Shown: positions 1-11,473, counted from the first letter of the stretch. The stretch: 64,000 bases of DNA from an uncultured Desulfuromonadaceae bacterium (GCA_964292275.1 CAXYUZ010000011.1:13575-77574); one strand, 5' to 3'. The notes: a model not told the origin generated them from the sequence alone. Translations and numbers: made by a program.

Positions 1-1842
1 ATCACGCTCGAAGGACAGGAAAAAGACGTGACCACCGCCGGTCTGGCCCGCATGAACATGATTCTGCACGACTTCCCGACCGCCAACATTCTTTCTGGCA
101 ATACACTGGCCGCCCCCAAATTCAAAGACAAAGAGCAGTTACGCACCTACGACTATGTGGTAGCCAATCCGCCTTTTTCCGATAAAACCTGGAGCACCGG
201 CCTCACACCGTCCAATGACCCCTATCAGCGTTTCACCTGGGGAGAACCGCCCACCAAGCAGGGGGATTACGCCTATCTGCTGCACATCATTCGTTCCATG
301 CAGAGCAGTGGCAAGGGGGCCTGCATCCTACCGCACGGTGTGCTTTTCCGCGGCAACGCAGAGGCGACTATCCGACAGAAACTTGTCAAATCAGGCATTC
401 TCAAGGGGATCATCGGTTTGCCAGCCAACCTGTTTTACGGCACCGGCATCCCGGCCTGTATCCTGGTGCTAGACAAGGAAAACGCCACCAGCCGCAAGGG
501 TCTGTTCATGATTGACGCCTCCAAGGGATTCATCAAAGACGGCAACAAGAACCGTCTGCGGGAGCAGGATATTCACAGGATCGTCGATACATTTACCCGT
601 CAGGATGAAAGCGATCCTCGCTACGCCCGGATGGTGCCAGTCAGCGAAATCTCCGACCCTAAGAATGATTTCAACCTCAACCTGCCGCGCTACATCGACA
701 GCAGTGAACCGGAAGACCTGCAGGACATCAACGGACATCTGCACGGCGGCATCCCGGAGCGCGACCTTGATGCGCTTAGCGCTTACTGGCAGCAGCTTCC
801 CAGCGTGCGTGCCACTCTGTTAGAGTCCGCCGGACACCCCGGTTATGCCCGCCTAAAGATGCCACTGACGGAGGTCAAGCCCGCCATCCTTGGCCATACT
901 GAATTCACCGCCTTCAACCAGACCGCCACCAAACTCTTTACCGACTGGCGCACAGCCAACAGTCCGCGTCTGACCGGCTTTGATAAGGATGGACACCCCA
1001 AGGCGATGATTGAAACCATTGCCGAGGATCTGCTGGCAGCCTTCCGCCAGGCTCCGCTGCTGGATGCCTATGACATCTACCAGCACTTGATGGACTACTG
1101 GGCCGAAACCATGCAGGATGACGCCTACCTGATATCCGCCGACGGCTGGATCAAGGGTGCCCAGCCTCGCGAAATACTCCAGGTCAAAAATAAGGAGAAC
1201 AAACTTGTCTGGCCTGAGCCGCATGACTATTTGAAAGGCAAGCGCCGCTTCAAGTCAGACCTGATTCCCGCGCCAATACTGGTTGCCAGGTATTTTGCAG
1301 CTGAGCGGGATGCCATCGAAGCGCTTGATAATGACCTGGAGTCACTTGAACAGCAACTCAGCGAAATGCGCGAGGAACATGGCGGCGATGATGGACTGCT
1401 TGTCGAAGTAATTGAGGGCGAAGGCGAAAAGCAGAAAATTGTCGCAAAGGTTCTCAAGGCACGCCTGAAGGAGATTGGCAAAGACCCGCTATATGAAGAT
1501 GAACGAGAAGCGCTGGAGGCTTACGCGAAACTGATGGAGAAGCAGACCAACACCAAGGCCAAGCGTAAAGCCGCGCAGGAGGCGCTGGATAAGAAAATCG
1601 ACGCCAAATACCCAGCACTGACCGAGACCGAAATCAAGTCGTTGACAATTGATGACAAATGGATATCGCGGCTATCGGCAGCCGTTCAGGGAGAACTGGA
1701 CCGCGTTTCACAGACCCTCACCGGGCGCATCCGCGAACTGGCCGAACGCTATGCCACGCCGCTGCCACAGCTTGTTGATGAGGTGGCCGCCTTGGCAGCC
1801 AGGGTGGATGAACACCTCAGGCGGATGGGGGTGGCGGAATGA
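1..1842 (+). CDS. hsdM: Type I restriction-modification DNA methyltransferase subunit HsdM (5' truncated by window edge)
   Basis: Frame 1 is open from base 1. N6-adenine MTase motif VANPPF and an HsdM-like C-terminal coiled region. The stop overlaps the next gene start (ATGA). Confidence 0.85.
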   Translation: MTLEGQEKDVTTAGLARMNMILHDFPTANILSGNTLAAPKFKDKEQLRTYDYVVANPPFSDKTWSTGLTPSNDPYQRFTWGEPPTKQGDYAYLLHIIRSMQSSGKGACILPHGVLFRGNAEATIRQKLVKSGILKGIIGLPANLFYGTGIPACILVLDKENATSRKGLFMIDASKGFIKDGNKNRLREQDIHRIVDTFTRQDESDPRYARMVPVSEISDPKNDFNLNLPRYIDSSEPEDLQDINGHLHGGIPERDLDALSAYWQQLPSVRATLLESAGHPGYARLKMPLTEVKPAILGHTEFTAFNQTATKLFTDWRTANSPRLTGFDKDGHPKAMIETIAEDLLAAFRQAPLLDAYDIYQHLMDYWAETMQDDAYLISADGWIKGAQPREILQVKNKENKLVWPEPHDYLKGKRRFKSDLIPAPILVARYFAAERDAIEALDNDLESLEQQLSEMREEHGGDDGLLVEVIEGEGEKQKIVAKVLKARLKEIGKDPLYEDEREALEAYAKLMEKQTNTKAKRKAAQEALDKKIDAKYPALTETEIKSLTIDDKWISRLSAAVQGELDRVSQTLTGRIRELAERYATPLPQLVDEVAALAARVDEHLRRMGVAE

Positions 1843-2861
1843 CGAAGGAAAGGAAACTGCAAATCCGCAACAGCACCGCCGAGTTCCTGATCTTCACTCG
1901 GCAGGCGGGCGAGACCGGCATTGAGGTACGTGTCGCTGACGAAACGGTCTGGCTCACACAGAAACTTATCAGCGTCCTTTTTGACAAGGGGCGCAGCACC
2001 ATCACCGAACATCTGCAGAACATCTTTGCAAGCGGCGAACTGGATGAAAAAACAGTATGTCGGGATTTCCGACACACTGCCAAGGATGGCAAGGACTACA
2101 CTACACGCTTCTACAATCTTGACGCTATCATCGCCGTCGGCTTTCGTGTCAACTCCGCCCGCGCCATCCAGTTCCGCCAATGGGCCACCGGTATCCTGCG
2201 CGACTTTGCCATTCGCGGCTATGTGCTGGATAATGAACGATTGAAGAACGGTGCATTCCTGAACAAGGAATATTACGACAACCTGCTGGCAGAAATCCGT
2301 GAAATCCGCGCCAGCGAACGCCGTTTTTACCAGAAGATTACCGACATCTACGCCACCGCGCTGGATTACAGCGTTAGCGCTGAAACCACGCAGACCTTCT
2401 TTGCCACTGTGCAGAATAAACTGCACTTTGCCATTCACGGACACACCGCCGCCGAGCTGATTGTCGAACGGGCGGACAGCAGCAAGGAGCGCATGGGGTT
2501 GACCACCTGGAAAAACGCCCCCCACGGCAAGATTCTCAAACCGGATGTAGTTGTTGCCAAGAACTACCTCACCGAAAAAGAGCTGAAATCCCTCGACCGT
2601 ATCGTCACCATGTACCTGGACTACGCCGAAGACCAGGCCGAACGGAGAATACCCATGACTATGCAGGACTGGGCGCAGAAACTGAACGCCTTTCTCCAGT
2701 TCAACGAACGCGACCTGCTCGACCATCCCGGCAAGGTAACCGCCGAGGTTGCCAAAGCGTTTGCCGAAAGCGAGTTTGAAAAATACCGTGTTGTGCAGGA
2801 TCGTCTGTTTGAGTCTGATTTCGACCGGATGGTGAAGCGGCTACAGAAGGAGCAGGCATGA
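1839..2861 (+). CDS. rhuM: RhuM-family (virulence/Fic-like DNA-binding) protein embedded in the Type I RM operon
   Basis: 340 aa. N-terminal sequence (LIFTRQAGETGIEVRVADETVWLTQKLISVLFDKGRSTITEHL...RFYNLDAIIAVGFRVNSARAIQFRQWAT) is the typical RhuM family. 4-bp ATGA overlaps with hsdM upstream and hsdS downstream. Confidence 0.8.
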   Translation: MTKERKLQIRNSTAEFLIFTRQAGETGIEVRVADETVWLTQKLISVLFDKGRSTITEHLQNIFASGELDEKTVCRDFRHTAKDGKDYTTRFYNLDAIIAVGFRVNSARAIQFRQWATGILRDFAIRGYVLDNERLKNGAFLNKEYYDNLLAEIREIRASERRFYQKITDIYATALDYSVSAETTQTFFATVQNKLHFAIHGHTAAELIVERADSSKERMGLTTWKNAPHGKILKPDVVVAKNYLTEKELKSLDRIVTMYLDYAEDQAERRIPMTMQDWAQKLNAFLQFNERDLLDHPGKVTAEVAKAFAESEFEKYRVVQDRLFESDFDRMVKRLQKEQA

Positions 2862-4129
2862 GTGGAGAAGTGAAGCCGGGATACAAGCAGACGGAAGTAG
2901 GGGTGATTCCGGAGGAGTGGGAGGTGAAGCGGCTTGGTGAGTTAGCAAGTTTTGTTACCAGCGGCTCACGAGGGTGGGCACAGTTCTATTCTGAAAGTGG
3001 AGCCCTGTTTATTCGGAGCCAAAATGTTCGTGATGGCAGGCTTAGTTTCGACGACACCCAATATGTTACACCGCCGATTGGGACTGAGGGTAATAGAACC
3101 AAAGTGGAGCTGAATGATCTGTTAATAACTATAACTGGCAACAGTGTCGGCAACGTTGCTCTGGTGGCTCAGGCATTCGATGAAGCCTATATCAGTCAGC
3201 ATGTTGGCCTTGTGCGTTTAAATGAGCCTAAGTCGGCTGCGTTCATCTGTCGATATCTTTCTCCCAGTTCACCAGGAAACCCACAGATTACAGGGAGTCA
3301 GTCTGGTCAAAGTAAGCCCGGCCTGAATCTGCAAAACCTTAGAGATTTTTGGATTGCTCTTCCACCAACAACTGAGGAGCTCTATGCGATTGCGGCTGCC
3401 TTGAGCGATGTGGATGAACTGTTGAACGGACTGGACCGGCTTATCGCCAAGAAACGTGACCTTAAAAAGGCCGCCATGCAGCAACTCCTCACCGGCAAAA
3501 CCCGCCTACCAGGTTTTACTGGGGATTGGGAGGTAAAGCGATTAGGAAGTACGGCTACTCTCAAAGCACGCATTGGCTGGCAAGGATTAACGACAGCAGA
3601 ATATCTTGACAGCGGGGATTACTATTTGGTCACAGGCACAGAATTCAAGAATGGCTACATCGACTGGAACAGCTGCCACCACGTAGATGAATCTCGCTAC
3701 ATGCAGGACAAATACATACAGTTGAAAAGACATGATGTCCTAGTTACAAAGGATGGAACTATTGGCAAGGTAGCTTTAATTACTGAACTTCCAAAACCAG
3801 CTACTCTTAATAGCGGTGTTTTCGTAATACGGCCTTTAGAAAATGCTTTCCATCCAGAATTTTTTTATTATTTGCTCTGTTCTAAAGCTTTCAAGGAATT
3901 TCTTGGGCAACTCAGTGCCGGGTCAACGATTAACCACCTTTACCAGAAAGACTTCGTAAGTTTTACTTACAAAACTCCTCCAAGTATTGAAGAACAAGAA
4001 GCCATAGCTACTGTTCTATCCGACATGGACGCCGAACTGGCGGCGCTGGAAGCGCGGCGCGACAAGACCCGCCTGCTCAAGCAGGGGATGATGCAGGAGC
4101 TCTTGACCGGGAGGACAAGGCTGGTGTAA
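2858..4129 (+). CDS. hsdS: Type I restriction specificity subunit HsdS (two target-recognition domains)
   Basis: 423 aa. Two-TRD architecture with conserved central and C-terminal repeats (LLTGKTRLPGF...WEVKRLG ; LLTGRTRLV). The second TRD (about 3540-4000) is markedly AT-rich, typical of exchanged TRDs. Confidence 0.85.
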   Translation: MSGEVKPGYKQTEVGVIPEEWEVKRLGELASFVTSGSRGWAQFYSESGALFIRSQNVRDGRLSFDDTQYVTPPIGTEGNRTKVELNDLLITITGNSVGNVALVAQAFDEAYISQHVGLVRLNEPKSAAFICRYLSPSSPGNPQITGSQSGQSKPGLNLQNLRDFWIALPPTTEELYAIAAALSDVDELLNGLDRLIAKKRDLKKAAMQQLLTGKTRLPGFTGDWEVKRLGSTATLKARIGWQGLTTAEYLDSGDYYLVTGTEFKNGYIDWNSCHHVDESRYMQDKYIQLKRHDVLVTKDGTIGKVALITELPKPATLNSGVFVIRPLENAFHPEFFYYLLCSKAFKEFLGQLSAGSTINHLYQKDFVSFTYKTPPSIEEQEAIATVLSDMDAELAALEARRDKTRLLKQGMMQELLTGRTRLV

Positions 4130-4135
4130 ATCTTC

Positions 4136-4243
4136 TCACGCGGAGACGCGGAGAGCGCAGAGAAAGGCTTTTAAAAATGTGGAGTTTAAACCTATTACAA
4201 AGACTTGCTTTCCGATTTTCTCCGCGTCCTCCGCGGCTCCGCG
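4136..4243. repeat. Imperfect inverted repeat / stem-loop in the hsdS-GxxExxY spacer
   Basis: Left arm cacgcggagacgcggagagcg (4136-4156) against right arm ttctccgcgtcctccgcggctccgcgtg (4216-4243), giving about 19 bp of complementarity around a roughly 60 nt loop. Confidence 0.5.
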
Positions 4244-4270
4244 TGAAACTTTTGACTGTAATCACAGAGG

Positions 4271-4714
4271 TTGACCATGAAAGAACTCGACGACATAACT
4301 GGTATCATCATCGACTCCGCAATAAAAATACACAAAGATATTGGCCCCGGCCTTCTGGAATCAGTTTACGAAACAATACTTGCACGTGAGCTGGATCGGC
4401 GAGGCCTCAAGGTGGAACGGCAAAAGATTATCCGGTTTGAGTACGACGATATGATTTTTGAGGAAGGTTTTCGTACCGACCTGCTCGTCGACAGCCGTAT
4501 TGTCTTGGAACTTAAATCCGTGGAAAAACTGGCCCCAGTCCACAACAAGCAACTGCTTACCTATCTGCGTTTGATGAATCTCTCCGTCGGCCTGCTTATC
4601 AACTTCGGTGCCGCCACCCTCAAAGAAGGCTTAAACCGTGTTGTCAACAACTACTCCCCCCCAACATCTCCGTATCTCCGCGTGGATAAAAAGCAGGAGC
4701 AGCCCTATGCCTGA
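4271..4714 (+). CDS. GxxExxY-family protein (PD-(D/E)XK nuclease superfamily)
   Basis: 147 aa. Motif [10 protein letters not shown] followed by D...ELK signature residues ([13 protein letters not shown]). The stop overlaps the hsdR start (ATGCCTGA). Confidence 0.8.
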   Translation: MTMKELDDITGIIIDSAIKIHKDIGPGLLESVYETILARELDRRGLKVERQKIIRFEYDDMIFEEGFRTDLLVDSRIVLELKSVEKLAPVHNKQLLTYLRLMNLSVGLLINFGAATLKEGLNRVVNNYSPPTSPYLRVDKKQEQPYA

Positions 4715-7700
4715 ACAACCCCGTTCCGAACGCAAAACACAGAACCGCGTTATTAACCTGTTTACAGACAGCCTTGGTTATGATTACCTCGGCGAATGGA
4801 ACAAGCGCGATAACAACCGTCCCATCGAAACGGAATATCTACGGGCAAACCTTGCGAATCGTGGCTACTCCCCTACCCATATCTCCGCCGCCCTGCAGAA
4901 GCTGGAAACTGCTGCCGATGCCACCGGCATTACTCTCTATCAAGCCAATATGCGTACCTATCAGCTTCTGCGCTATGGGGTGCCGGTACAGGTTGCCGCC
5001 GGACAGGCACATGAGACAGTTCACCTGATTGATTGGACAGACACGGGAAATAACGACTTCGCCCTGGCCGAGGAGGTAACGCTCAAGGGAGGCTATGAGC
5101 GCCGACCGGATATTGTGCTTTACATTAACGGTATCGCTATTGCCATAATAGAGCTCAAGCGCAGCTCGGTAGAAATTGCCGACGGTGTGCGACAGCTCAT
5201 CACCAATCAGGAGGAGATTTTCAACAAGGGCTTTTTCAGCACGGTGCAGCTTGTTTTGGCAGGCAGCGATTCACAAGGAGTGCTCTATGGCACCACCGGA
5301 ACGCCGGAACAGTTTTTTGTGCAGTGGAAGGATGAAAATAATGAAGAATTGACGGCAAATAGTCATTCTCAATTATCATCTCTCAATTCTCAATTCACCG
5401 CTGGTGAACTGCTCGACCGGCCACTGGCACAGTTGTGCAGCAAGGAGCGGTTGCTCGACCTGATTCGCAACTTCGTTATTTTCGATGCCGGTCAGAAGAA
5501 GGTGCCGCGCCAACATCAGTTTTTCGGAGTGAAAGCGGCCCAGGAACGCATTGCCAAGCGCGAGGGTGGCGTTATCTGGCATACGCAAGGGAGCGGCAAG
5601 AGCATCCTGATGGTGCTGATTGCCAAGTGGCTGCTGGAGTATGACCCGGACGCCCGCATCCTCATCATCACCGACCGGGACGAGTTGGACAAACAGATTG
5701 AGGGGGTTATGAAGAACGCCGGTGTAATCGGCGCTGAATCCCCCTCCCCGCGTATAACATCACGGGCTGAATTTATCCAAAAGCTTGGGGAGTCTACGCC
5801 ACGGCTGCTGTGCGCCCTGATCCACAAGTTCGACGTGGCCGACCTGAAGGGGCCATCATCCAAGGTTACCGGACGCTTCTATGTATTTGTGGATGAGTGC
5901 CACCGTACCCAGGGTGGCGACATGAACAAGCAGATGAAGCGCTGGTTGGAGGGTGCTATCTTCATCGGCTTTACCGGCACACCGCTCCTGCGTAAGGACA
6001 AGCAGATGACGCGGGATGTTTTCGGCACCTACATTCATACCTACAAGTTTCATCAGGCTGTAGCCGACAAGGTCGTGCTTGACCTGAAATATGAGGCTCG
6101 CGACATTCCGCAGAAGCTGACATCACGAAAAGCCATTGATGACTGGTTTGAGAAAAGAACAAAGGGATTGAACAACTTTCAGAAGGCTGTGCTGCGCAAA
6201 CGCTGGGCCACGCTTGAGAAGCTGATGAGCTCCGGCGGTCGCAAACAAATGATCGTCAACAGTATCATTGAGGACTTCGGCCTGAAGCATCGCTTGAGCA
6301 ACGACCGCGGCACGGCCATTCTGGTGGCAGCCAGTATCTACGAAGCCTGTCATTATTTCCGACTGTTTCAGAATACATTCTTCGGCTGTTACTGCGGCAT
6401 CATCACCTCTTTCGAGCCAAACCCTAATGCAATCTCACGCGAACCCAAGGAGAGTGACGAACGTTACAAGTTCGACACCTACACCAAGCACGTACTCAAG
6501 AGTGGCCAGACAACCAAACAGTATGAAGATGAGGTCAAACGCAGATTTATCGAGGAACCGGCCAATCTCAAGCTCTTGATCGTAGTTAGCAAGTTGTTGA
6601 CCGGCTTTGATGCGCCGAGCTGCACCTACATCTATCTGGACAACGAGCTGCACGACCACAACCTGTTCCAGGCCATCTGCCGCACCAACCGGCTTGACGG
6701 AGACGACAAAGATTACGGCTATATTGTGGACTTCAAGGAGTTGTTTGGCGACGTACAGCAGGCCATTGCGGTTTACAGCTCCGACGAACTGGACATTGAC
6801 GAGGCTGGCGGTGATAACAATGTCCACCTGAAAAACTGGCTGGAAGAAGGGAAGAAACAGCTCGACCAGGCCCGAGAGGCGCTGCGTTATCTGTGCGACC
6901 CGGTTCCAGTACCGCGCGAAATGGAGCAATACCTACACTACTTCTGCGGCGACGCCACCAATCCAAACGCCCTGAATGAGACCGAACCGCTGCGGGTTTC
7001 CTTCTACAAGGCGGTTGCCACCTTTGTCCGCGCCTTTGCCGCCATTGCCCAGGAGTTGACCGACGCAGGCTATACGGATGCCGAAGCGGCAGCCATCCAG
7101 AAGGAGGTAGAGTTTTATAGCGACATCAGAGGCGCCATCAAGAAGCACTCCGGCGAGGAGCTAGATATCAAGCCCTACGAAGCGGATATGCGCCACCTGA
7201 TCAACAGCTATATCCAGGCTGACCCGGCGGCAGAGCTGGGGGAGCTGGGCGATATGTCACTGACCGAGCTTATCATTGAGACCGGCATCCATGACGCCAT
7301 TGCCAAGTCACTCAACAAAAAGGGCAAACTCTCCAAAAACGCCATTGCAGAAGGAATTATCAACAACGTCCGTAAGAAGATAATCAGAGAACAACTGACC
7401 GACCCTCGGTTCTACGAGCAGATGTCCAAACTGCTTGATGACCTGATAAAGCAAAGCCGGACCGACGCGAAAGCCTACGAAGAGTTTCTGCGCAAGGCCG
7501 AGGCGTTGGTAAAACGACTGGCGACACGGCAACCAGAAGCAGGTATTCCGGCAGTTCTGCACGGGAAAGACGAGGCCATAGTGCTCTTCAACAATCTGTC
7601 TACGATTCCTGCCACCACATTCCAATACCCTACTGAAGACGAGGAAAGGGCAATGCTTGCCCTTGAACTGGATCATGTTGTCTGTTCAGAAGCCCCTGCC

Positions 7701-7826
7701 AACTGGCAAGGAGACGACGCGCGGGAGATTCAGGTTATGAATGCCTTGTACCCCAAGATGTCCCGTGACCGGGAAGCGACCAGAGCAATATTTGAAATCA
7801 TCAAGAATCAACCGGGCTACCAATGA
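4707..7826 (+). CDS. hsdR: Type I restriction enzyme endonuclease/helicase subunit HsdR
   Basis: Walker A HTQGSGKS and DEAH/DECH box [10 protein letters not shown], with a length typical of HsdR. Start chosen at ATG 4707 (MPEQPRSE...), overlapping the stop of the preceding gene. The track's 4638 start would overlap 77 bp. Confidence 0.85.
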   Translation: MPEQPRSERKTQNRVINLFTDSLGYDYLGEWNKRDNNRPIETEYLRANLANRGYSPTHISAALQKLETAADATGITLYQANMRTYQLLRYGVPVQVAAGQAHETVHLIDWTDTGNNDFALAEEVTLKGGYERRPDIVLYINGIAIAIIELKRSSVEIADGVRQLITNQEEIFNKGFFSTVQLVLAGSDSQGVLYGTTGTPEQFFVQWKDENNEELTANSHSQLSSLNSQFTAGELLDRPLAQLCSKERLLDLIRNFVIFDAGQKKVPRQHQFFGVKAAQERIAKREGGVIWHTQGSGKSILMVLIAKWLLEYDPDARILIITDRDELDKQIEGVMKNAGVIGAESPSPRITSRAEFIQKLGESTPRLLCALIHKFDVADLKGPSSKVTGRFYVFVDECHRTQGGDMNKQMKRWLEGAIFIGFTGTPLLRKDKQMTRDVFGTYIHTYKFHQAVADKVVLDLKYEARDIPQKLTSRKAIDDWFEKRTKGLNNFQKAVLRKRWATLEKLMSSGGRKQMIVNSIIEDFGLKHRLSNDRGTAILVAASIYEACHYFRLFQNTFFGCYCGIITSFEPNPNAISREPKESDERYKFDTYTKHVLKSGQTTKQYEDEVKRRFIEEPANLKLLIVVSKLLTGFDAPSCTYIYLDNELHDHNLFQAICRTNRLDGDDKDYGYIVDFKELFGDVQQAIAVYSSDELDIDEAGGDNNVHLKNWLEEGKKQLDQAREALRYLCDPVPVPREMEQYLHYFCGDATNPNALNETEPLRVSFYKAVATFVRAFAAIAQELTDAGYTDAEAAAIQKEVEFYSDIRGAIKKHSGEELDIKPYEADMRHLINSYIQADPAAELGELGDMSLTELIIETGIHDAIAKSLNKKGKLSKNAIAEGIINNVRKKIIREQLTDPRFYEQMSKLLDDLIKQSRTDAKAYEEFLRKAEALVKRLATRQPEAGIPAVLHGKDEAIVLFNNLSTIPATTFQYPTEDEERAMLALELDHVVCSEAPANWQGDDAREIQVMNALYPKMSRDREATRAIFEIIKNQPGYQ

Positions 7827-8539
7827 ACACGACGATACAGATTGGGGAGCTGTCAATTCAGGTAACCAGAAAGAAGATCAAGAATGTCCACCTGTCAGTG
7901 CATCCGCCTGACGGTCATGTGACACTTGCCGCCCCCTCCGAAACCCGTTTGGAAGTGGCACGGGCCTATGCGATATCTAAGCTGGGCTGGATAAGGGAAC
8001 ATCAGGAAAAGCTGAAGAATCAGGCGCGAGAAACACCGCGCCAGTTCATTGAGCGGGAAAGCCATTATCTTTGGGGGCGGCGTTATCTGCTGACAGTTGT
8101 TGAGCAGGATACCAAGCCCAGCATAAAGCTCGATCATAAACGGATAACCCTGAACGTCCGCCCTGGAAGCTCTGTAGAAAAACGCGCAGACGTCATACAC
8201 GAATGGCACAAGTCACTGCTCCACAAGGTTGTGCCGGGAATTATCGCTGTATGGGAGACCAGACTAGGGATAAAGGTTGCGGGCTATTTTCTGCAGCGCA
8301 TGAAAACCAAGTGGGGAAGCTGCAATCACCAGGCAGGACACATCCGCCTCAATACCGAGCTGGTGAAGAAGCCGAAAGACCTGCTGGAGTATGTTATCGT
8401 TCACGAAATGCTGCATCTGCTGGAGGCAATTCACAGCGAACGCTTTATGACGTTACTGGATGAGCACTATCCGACTTGGCGAGAGGCCCGTGCAGAACTT
8501 AACGAACTGCCGCTGGCGGCTGAGACCTGGAGGGAGTGA
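7823..8539 (+). CDS. DUF45/YgjP-like zinc metallopeptidase (NCBI 'M48 family') commonly linked to hsdR
   Basis: 238 aa. HEMLHL (HExxH) motif in [23 protein letters not shown] overlap with the hsdR stop. Confidence 0.75.
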   Translation: MNTTIQIGELSIQVTRKKIKNVHLSVHPPDGHVTLAAPSETRLEVARAYAISKLGWIREHQEKLKNQARETPRQFIERESHYLWGRRYLLTVVEQDTKPSIKLDHKRITLNVRPGSSVEKRADVIHEWHKSLLHKVVPGIIAVWETRLGIKVAGYFLQRMKTKWGSCNHQAGHIRLNTELVKKPKDLLEYVIVHEMLHLLEAIHSERFMTLLDEHYPTWREARAELNELPLAAETWRE

Positions 8540-8909
8540 TTCATAAAGGCTATGGCGTTTGGCGTGCTGAATAAAATAGACTAAAGTGAAAAAGATATTT
8601 CACCTTAAATTTATTTGTGAGTTAAATTTGTTATGCCTGAGTCCAAAATTAATTATTAACCATAGGTATAGTAGATTATTTGGGTAAAAAATATATGACA
8701 GGCTGCGTCGCAAAACAGACATTGATTGTCTATTAAAAATATAGATATAGCAACATACGCTATTTATCAAGCATATTTTCAAAAAATAAATTCAAACTAC
8801 TGAGAGATGCTGGGCTACACCTTGTTGCCTACAGATTAAAATAAACAAGTATCAGATCAATCTTGACAACTACAGATTAACACTGGTAACAATTCTTTAG
8901 AGAGAGACC

Positions 8910-9041
8910 ATGCTTAAAAACATTCATCTAAAAGTTATCGCCATTGTTTCCAGACGCAGTCGCCCCACAATAATCATGATATGCGCCCTTCTGACAATAC
9001 TCCTCTGCTGCTTGACTACATTACCGGCGACTACTCAATGA
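8910..9041 (+). CDS. Hypothetical 43-aa hydrophobic peptide (not in ORF track; below size cutoff)
   Basis: ATG preceded by a purine-rich agagagagacc. Encodes MLKNIHLKVIAIVSRRSRPTIIMICALLTILLCCLTTLPATTQ, a single TM-like segment. Lies in the AT-rich spacer. Confidence 0.2.
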   Translation: MLKNIHLKVIAIVSRRSRPTIIMICALLTILLCCLTTLPATTQ

Positions 9042-9096
9042 CCTTTTCAAGATAAATTAGAAAGACTTACATTAAAACATCACAGGAGCAAACTGT

Positions 9097-9540
9097 ATGG
9101 CTCGCGGCAGCTCTGACATTACAACCCTTTTAGCCCCATTGATGATCCGGCTGCCACTGGGCATGATCATGATGGCACATGGTTCCCAAAAACTGCTTGG
9201 CATTTTCGGCGGTCTGGGGCTGACCGGAACATTACGCTCATATGAAGAGCGGATGCATATACCACCCGTTTTTACACTGCTGGCCATCATAGCCGAATTT
9301 GCCGGCGGTTTCGGAATTCTGTCCGGTTTCCTGACCCGCATCTCTGCAGCTGGCGTAACAGCCGTCATGCTGGTTGCAATGTACAAGGTTCACTGGGCTA
9401 ACGGCTTTTTTATGAATATGAACCTCGTCGCCGGACATGGACATGGTATTGAATACAACCTTGCCCTGCTCGGTATGGCGCTCTACCTGGTCATCGCAGG
9501 CGGCGGACAATGGTGTCTGGACAGACTTATTTTCAAATAG
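9097..9540 (+). CDS. DoxX family membrane protein
   Basis: 147 aa with four predicted TM segments. DoxX-like N-terminus (LAPLMIRLPLGMIMMAHGSQKLLG). Confidence 0.7.
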   Translation: MARGSSDITTLLAPLMIRLPLGMIMMAHGSQKLLGIFGGLGLTGTLRSYEERMHIPPVFTLLAIIAEFAGGFGILSGFLTRISAAGVTAVMLVAMYKVHWANGFFMNMNLVAGHGHGIEYNLALLGMALYLVIAGGGQWCLDRLIFK

Positions 9541-9583
9541 ATAGCAACATGCTTTAATGGTTAATTGCACAAGGAGCAGTAAA

Positions 9584-11167
9584 GTGAACAAAAACAATCA
9601 ACAGGAAGTAGATCGCCGCAGGACATTTGCCATCATCAGCCACCCGGATGCCGGCAAGACAACCATAACCGAAAAACTGCTGTTATTCGGCGGCGCAATC
9701 CAGCAGGCCGGTGAAGTCAGGGCCCGTAAATCCGCCCGACACGCCACATCGGACTGGATGGAGCTGGAAAAGCAGCGCGGCATCTCCGTCACATCATCGG
9801 TGATGAAGTTTACATATCGTGAAAACGAGATCAACCTGCTCGACACCCCGGGACATAATGACTTTTCGGAGGATACCTACCGCGTATTGACTGCCGTCGA
9901 CTCGGTCCTGATGGTGATTGACTCCGTCAAAGGGGTCGAAAGCCAGACAAAGAAACTGTTGGAGGTCTGTCGCCTGCGTCACACCCCGATCATGACATTC
10001 ATGAACAAACTCGACCGCGAAGGACAGGAACCGCTTGATCTGCTGGATGACATCGAGAAGAATCTCAACATGCAAACGGCCCCGATTACATGGCCGGTTG
10101 GAATGGGTAAACGTTTCAAGGGAACCTACCACCTCTACACAAAACAGTTGACCATATTTGATGCCGAGGCCGATGATGGTACCGGCAGCATCCTGACCGT
10201 TGAAGGGCTGGACGATCCACGCCTTGATGAACTGCTCGGCAGCCAGGTCGAAGAGCTGCGCCATGATGTCGAGCTTCTGGAAGGGGCTGCCCATCCATTC
10301 GACAAGGAGGCCTATCTGGCAGGGGTCCAGACACCGGTCTTCTTCGGCAGCGCCATCAACACATTCGGTGTTCAGCAGCTTCTGGATGCCTTCATAGAGC
10401 ACGCGCCCGCACCGCTGCCACGCGAAACCGCAACCCGTCAGGTATCACCGTACGAGGAACCATTCAGCGGATTTACCTTTAAAATCCAGGCAAACATGGA
10501 TCCGGCCCACCGGGACAGAATCGCATTCTTCAGGATTTGCTCAGGCAAGTTCACCCGTGGCATGAAGGTGCGTCATGTTCGTCTGGGACGCGATGTCCAG
10601 ATTGCAAACGCAACCATCTTCATGGCCCAGGATCGTACCAATGTCGAAGAAGCCTGGCCTGGCGACATCATCGGTATCCACAACCATGGTACGATCAAGA
10701 TTGGTGACACGTTTACAATGGGTGAGGAGCTGAAGTTCATCGGCATACCAAGCTTTGCACCGGAACATTTCCGCAAGGTCAGGCTGCTCAATCCGATGAA
10801 ATCCAAGGCGCTGGAGAAGGGGCTCGTTCAACTGGCTGAAGAGGGGGCCACTCAGGTGTTCAAACCGCTGATGGGTGCCGATTGGGTTATCGGCGCTGTT
10901 GGTCTGCTTCAATTCGAGGTTGTTATGCACCGCCTGGAGTTTGAATACAGCGTCAAGGTCGCCTTTGAACCAGTCAGCTATGTCACCGCCCGCTGGGTAT
11001 CAGGCGAGAAAAAGAAGATTGAGGAGTTTGAGAAGAAAGAGGCCATGAGCCTCTATATCGACGGCGAAGGAAAACTGACCTATATGGCCGGAAGCCAATG
11101 GCGACTGGAAAATACAATGGAAACCTGGAAGGATCTACAATTCCACAGCACCAGTGAACATTCCTGA
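9584..11167 (+). CDS. prfC: Peptide chain release factor 3 (GTPase)
   Basis: G1 motif [17 protein letters not shown] and NKLD motifs, canonical RF3 N-terminus ([14 protein letters not shown]). Start placed at GTG 9584, 7 nt after AAGGAG. The track ATG is 9557. Confidence 0.9.
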   Translation: MNKNNQQEVDRRRTFAIISHPDAGKTTITEKLLLFGGAIQQAGEVRARKSARHATSDWMELEKQRGISVTSSVMKFTYRENEINLLDTPGHNDFSEDTYRVLTAVDSVLMVIDSVKGVESQTKKLLEVCRLRHTPIMTFMNKLDREGQEPLDLLDDIEKNLNMQTAPITWPVGMGKRFKGTYHLYTKQLTIFDAEADDGTGSILTVEGLDDPRLDELLGSQVEELRHDVELLEGAAHPFDKEAYLAGVQTPVFFGSAINTFGVQQLLDAFIEHAPAPLPRETATRQVSPYEEPFSGFTFKIQANMDPAHRDRIAFFRICSGKFTRGMKVRHVRLGRDVQIANATIFMAQDRTNVEEAWPGDIIGIHNHGTIKIGDTFTMGEELKFIGIPSFAPEHFRKVRLLNPMKSKALEKGLVQLAEEGATQVFKPLMGADWVIGAVGLLQFEVVMHRLEFEYSVKVAFEPVSYVTARWVSGEKKKIEEFEKKEAMSLYIDGEGKLTYMAGSQWRLENTMETWKDLQFHSTSEHS

Positions 11168-11410
11168 CAATGCCGCAGATCACGAATCCATCACTAAAAA
11201 ACAGCCCGGCCAGATTTTCGTTCAAGGCCACCTGGCAGGCAATCTGCGGAATCCCGACCGATCATTTTCCGCTAATCCTGCCAGGGGCACACCAAATCGC
11301 CGTTTGGTTCATTCTCAAGCAGTTAAAACGGCTTGGATTTTCAAATTGCCGGGTTACCAAAACCGGATCAGGGCTGGTTGTACATGCCCACCGCTGAGTT
11401 CATTCAAAAT

Positions 11411-11449
11411 AGCAAAGGCGACCCTGATTAGGGTCGCCTTTGCTATTTT
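11411..11449. terminator. Bidirectional rho-independent terminator between convergent prfC and cheB
   Basis: Perfect 15-bp stem agcaaaggcgaccct/agggtcgcctttgct, followed by a T-run. Confidence 0.8.
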
Positions 11450-11473
11450 ACAAACTATAAACTATAAACCGGT

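Noticed and set aside
1749-2726. 325-aa minus-strand ORF
   Set aside because: Fully antisense to rhuM/hsdM, which have strong family signatures. Low-complexity translation.
4638-4706. Upstream ATG start for hsdR given by ORF track
   Set aside because: It would overlap the GxxExxY gene by 77 bp. ATG 4707 begins a canonical HsdR N-terminus and is translationally coupled to the upstream stop.
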